From: Magallana gigas
Taxonomy: Eukaryota
Direction of reading: 5' to 3'
NCBI RefSeq assembly: GCF_963853765.1
Contig: NC_088855.1
Span: 20,150,001 to 20,214,000, forward strand
DNA length: 64,000 nucleotides
Below, piece after piece: positions 60,220 through 64,000 of the stretch (its first letter is position 1; the number at the start of each line of letters is the position of its first letter). The position numbers and the translations under genes were made by a program. Under the pieces are notes generated by a model. That model ran no database searches. It was not told the DNA's origin and worked only from the letters and a program-made list of their open reading frames with translations.

Positions 60220-62724
60220 AGAAAATGTGATAAATAAAACTTGTGATTCAGTAACCTGAGGCTTAATCACTAACCAGTATTACAGCCTAGAGAGCGGCTT
60301 AAGATGTAATGGTGCTGCATTCTATGACCAATATTTATTATTCCCGAACAGTGCTGGTTGTTTGATGGAATCAAAACTGTTGCTTAGAAATCACTCCCAC
60401 GTCTTTACAAACCAGCATTTCAGTTTGAAATGGAATTAGGCTTTTCCGCCTGCAGTTTTATTTGACACAAGTTGGTATTTTATATGTTGTGTTCATTTAA
60501 TTATATTCATATGCCATACAAAATCTTGTTTTAACCACACACAAGTTGAATGTAATAAGGAAACCAATTTCACACTTACCATACTATGGCTACATGTGAC
60601 TCTATAGAGGTAACTCATTGTTTCTGTGCTCTGAATCAGCAGTGTGTGCTCTACTGCTTGAGCACATTGTGTGCTCTATTGCTTGAGCACAAATCATTGG
60701 CTCTTGTTACTTTAGCACAAATTTTTGATGTGATATATAGATACTTGAATACAAAGGTTAGGTAACATACATGTATGTATAGTTACTTGAATACAAAATT
60801 TAAGTAACCTATTTGCTCTGTATCTGAGCATGTATTAATCTGGCATTGTCTTTCATATCCAATATTGACCCACCATTTCAAGTCTTGTTCTTTTTGTCTT
60901 TTGATATTTTTTCCCACTAAAGTATTGTAACTGCACTCTTGCCATACCGGTACCTTAAATGAGGAACTACTAAGTGGCACAAATAAATAAGGTTGGTGCT
61001 TATGTGTACATATCTTTTTGAATTCTGTAGTGCTAAGCATAATGAGAGTTGAATATATCCCTTGGTGGGACACTAGACAACACTAGTATCTGTTTACAGC
61101 TGAGCTAAATTGTTAAAGGAATGAAATGACTGAGCGCCTTTTGTATTATGATTAAGGAGGCTAAATGGTCAACAAATTACCCATTAGATTTTAAATAAGA
61201 AATTTTTGGTCATAAACTCTCATTTAATAAAGTAAAACTCCAAATATTTTAGCTCTGAAATTTGAATATTTTTATACAGAACTCTTCTTCTGAAGGAGAT
61301 TAATTTAGTCCAAAAATGGCCATGTCCATCCAGCCCTCTTGAAATTGAACAACTGATAAGAGAATAAAATCTGCAAGGTATCTGCTATGTATAGATTATT
61401 GGTTGATGGCCCTCCTAAATTGCATTTATAAATGAAAAATTAATAAGTAGAACTGCGTTTATATACAGTAAAATATGAATATGATGTCACAACATTTTTG
61501 GGGGGATTAGATGGATGAGCATTGAAAGATGCATATACATTGTGAAATATTTTGAGATAGGGGTGCTATATACTTTGAAATTGATGTTGAGTAGCTTGGT
61601 TGTTCATTGAATTTGGGGTAAATATTTAATGTGTTATGCCAAATTATATAAACTCACTTAACTGATTTATACATGTCTTCATTTATCTGGAAGGTTGTTT
61701 ATGTAAGGGTAGTGTTTTGTTGTTCAATGTTGGCATTTTTTTATTGGTTTGGTACCCATTTTCTTTTAGACAATAGATCGAGTCATTGTGATTTTTTTTT
61801 TTAAATCAACCTTTATAGCATCTCTTTTTATTTCTAACCTTGAGTTTGTTTTCTATGACCAACTTTGTTGACAATTATTTTCAGTGGCCCCAGTTTTAAT
61901 ATGGCTGTAATGTTTCATGCATAATAAGTTTCTAAGCTTGTTTTTATTTTGGTATAATATTTTATCTTTAGATTGTTAAATTTAAAAATAATGTAAAGGG
62001 AGTTTAAGTAAAATATCTAAGTAGTATTGAACTATATTCAGATGCATTAAGGAAATCATTATTACAATTTACCGTAACATAATCTAGATTTCACATCAAA
62101 GATACAAATAGACATAATGGATTTTTTTTCATCAACACCATGCATTAAATGTTAAAAAGAGAAAAAAAATTATCAATGATAATAGAAATGCATCTTCTTT
62201 TTTAAATTGAAGGTTTACTATTCATTATGGCTGATATTTAATGCATCATATTAATTGCTTTGCAATTAGTTCAAGTACTTAATGAGGATTTTGGACTTTT
62301 TAGAGTTGTTGACCAACCTTGTAAAGTGCCTTAATCATTGTGTGTTTATGCACGAGAATGAGGATGGAGTGTTTATCAAATGGTCTGTGTGATATCTTGA
62401 TAAGTATTGTTAATATTTAATTCACACTCATCTATTTACCATGACAACTGCCTGATCAGCAGGTTTGAGGTATATCTGAAAATTGAATTACCGTAATCAT
62501 ATACTGTTCACTTCTTTTTTCTCTTTTTTTTTGGTTTAAAACAAAATGTAACTATATGCACTTTTGTAAGAGAGATGTCAAGTAACTCTGCAACAAAATG
62601 CTACTGAAGCATGACTGTTTAATTTGTGAATACAAATATATAAATCTTGACCTATTCTTGGTCTGTTAGAGTATGATTTTCTTTTTTCTCATTTTGGAGT
62701 GAATTTATTTTACATTATTAATTT

Positions 62725-62725
<1 letters not shown>

Positions 62726-62782
<57 letters not shown>

Positions 62783-62789
62783 GAGAGAG
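62726..62789. repeat. (GA)n microsatellite, probably near the end of the long NF2 3' UTR
   Basis: Directly visible; AATAAA at 62854. Confidence 0.95.
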
Positions 62790-63197
62790 CATAATGAATG
62801 AGTTTTAGTTGTACTGTTTCAAGAGAACAAAATTATGTGCAATAACTTTATCAAATAAAACATCTTCAATTATCAGTTTTTGATTTATAATTTTTCCACC
62901 CAATCTTTGAAAATCTGTGAATCAGTCTAATAATTTCTCATTACAAATATTTAAGGTGAGAAGTATAATGTTAATGTTAATTAAGTTAATGAATTGTGTC
63001 CAATGGCTATGGGCTTATAATAAATGTAACTTAAACTTTCTATTCCTATCATTTTTTAAGTTAAAAGGAAAAAAAAACTACTCGGTGGAATCAATCCAGC
63101 GACTGCAAATCAAAATGACTTGCGCATTACCACTAGGCCACGCATGCATGTACAACACACTTTTGAAAGTCTTTCCAATATATGTGGCTACCTGGTA

Positions 63198-63290
63198 CAG
63201 TAAAACTTGGTTATAGTGAAGTCGTAGGGACCAATGGATTTACTTCGTTATATCTGTAATTCGGTATATCCGTATGTAATTGTCAATTTG
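63198..63290 (+). mobile_element. Truncated pogo/Tigger-type MITE end
   Basis: TA|CAGTAAAACTTGGTTATAGTGAAG; no right end seen before the next element. Confidence 0.4.
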
Positions 63291-63321
63291 AGCTCAAATT
63301 TTTCAAAATTTATTTTTTCAA

Positions 63322-64000
63322 TTTTTAGCTCACCGAGACGAAGTCAAGGAGAGCTTATGCTATACCCTCGGCGTCGGCGTCGACGGTGGCGTCGGCGTCG
63401 GCGTCCGGACCTGGTTAAAGTTTTTGTTGCAGGTCCTGTATCTAAGCTATTACTTGTCCTGTCTTCACCAAACTTGCATGGATGATGCATCTGGACCTAC
63501 TTATGGACTTGAAAGACTTGGATGCTGAATCTGGGTCCTAAATTTCAGATGCTGGAGGAGGTTAAGGTTGTTGGACCAGGTTAAAGTTTTTGTTGCAGGT
63601 GCCCTTTGATAGCAATAACTTAGTTACTGCTGGTCCGTACTTCACCAAACTTGCATGGATGGTGTGTCTTATGATACTGATGCACCAGACAGGTTTGAGT
63701 GCTGAATCTGAGCTATAGGTTGCGGATGCTGGAGGAGGTTAAGGTTTTTGGAGCAGGTTAAAGTTTTTGTTGCAGGTGCCCATTGATAGCAATATCTAAG
63801 TTACTACTGGTCCTAACTTCACCAAACTTGTATGAATGATGCGTCTTATGATATTAATGCACCTGACAAGCTTGAATGCTGAATATGAGCAATAGGTTTC
63901 GGATGCTGGAAGAGGTTAAGGTTTTTAGAGCTGGTTAAAGTTTTTGTTGCAGTTGCCCTCTGATGATTATATCTTAGTTACTACTGGTCCTAACTTCACC
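63322..64000 (+). mobile_element. Helentron/HINE-type element with (GGCGTC)n and ~177-bp tandem repeats, cut by the window end
   Basis: TTTTAGCTCACCGAG...GAGC left end, GGCGTC microsatellite, and GGTTAAAGTTTTTGTTGCAG at 63413, 63579, 63756 and 63933. Confidence 0.75.

Overview
AT-rich, intron-containing animal genomic DNA, most likely a bivalve. The repeat landscape (Helitron/Helentron-type elements carrying ~165-bp satellite units, TTAA- and TA-flanked MITEs, a coiled-coil C1q gene) fits the Pacific oyster Crassostrea/Magallana gigas; this is an inference. The window has two halves. (1) ~0.3-38.7 kb is a cluster of eight small multi-exon secreted-protein genes (labelled SP1-SP8 here), reconstructed by hand from splice sites. 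Six are extremely methionine-rich low-complexity proteins, five of them with Lys/Tyr-bearing ends. A C1q-domain gene, a ~4-kb tandem duplication, a 145-N gap and many transposon remnants lie among them. (2) ~41.7-60.2 kb is a compact housekeeping block: MTFP1(-), a stathmin-like gene(+), RPA1(-, 616 aa) and Merlin/NF2(+, 601 aa), arranged as two head-to-head pairs. The best candidate for an undescribed system is the Met-rich secreted cluster, possibly a hinge-ligament/shell elastomer kit resembling abductin/LMP. Other highlights are a 61-bp tandem array that multiplies the last NF2 splice donor, a phase-compatible duplicated RPA1 pseudo-exon, a 93-bp ATG-to-ATG bidirectional promoter, and linkage matching the human 17p13.3/22q12 paralogon. 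No rRNA, tRNA or CRISPR array was seen. All exon coordinates were read by eye.
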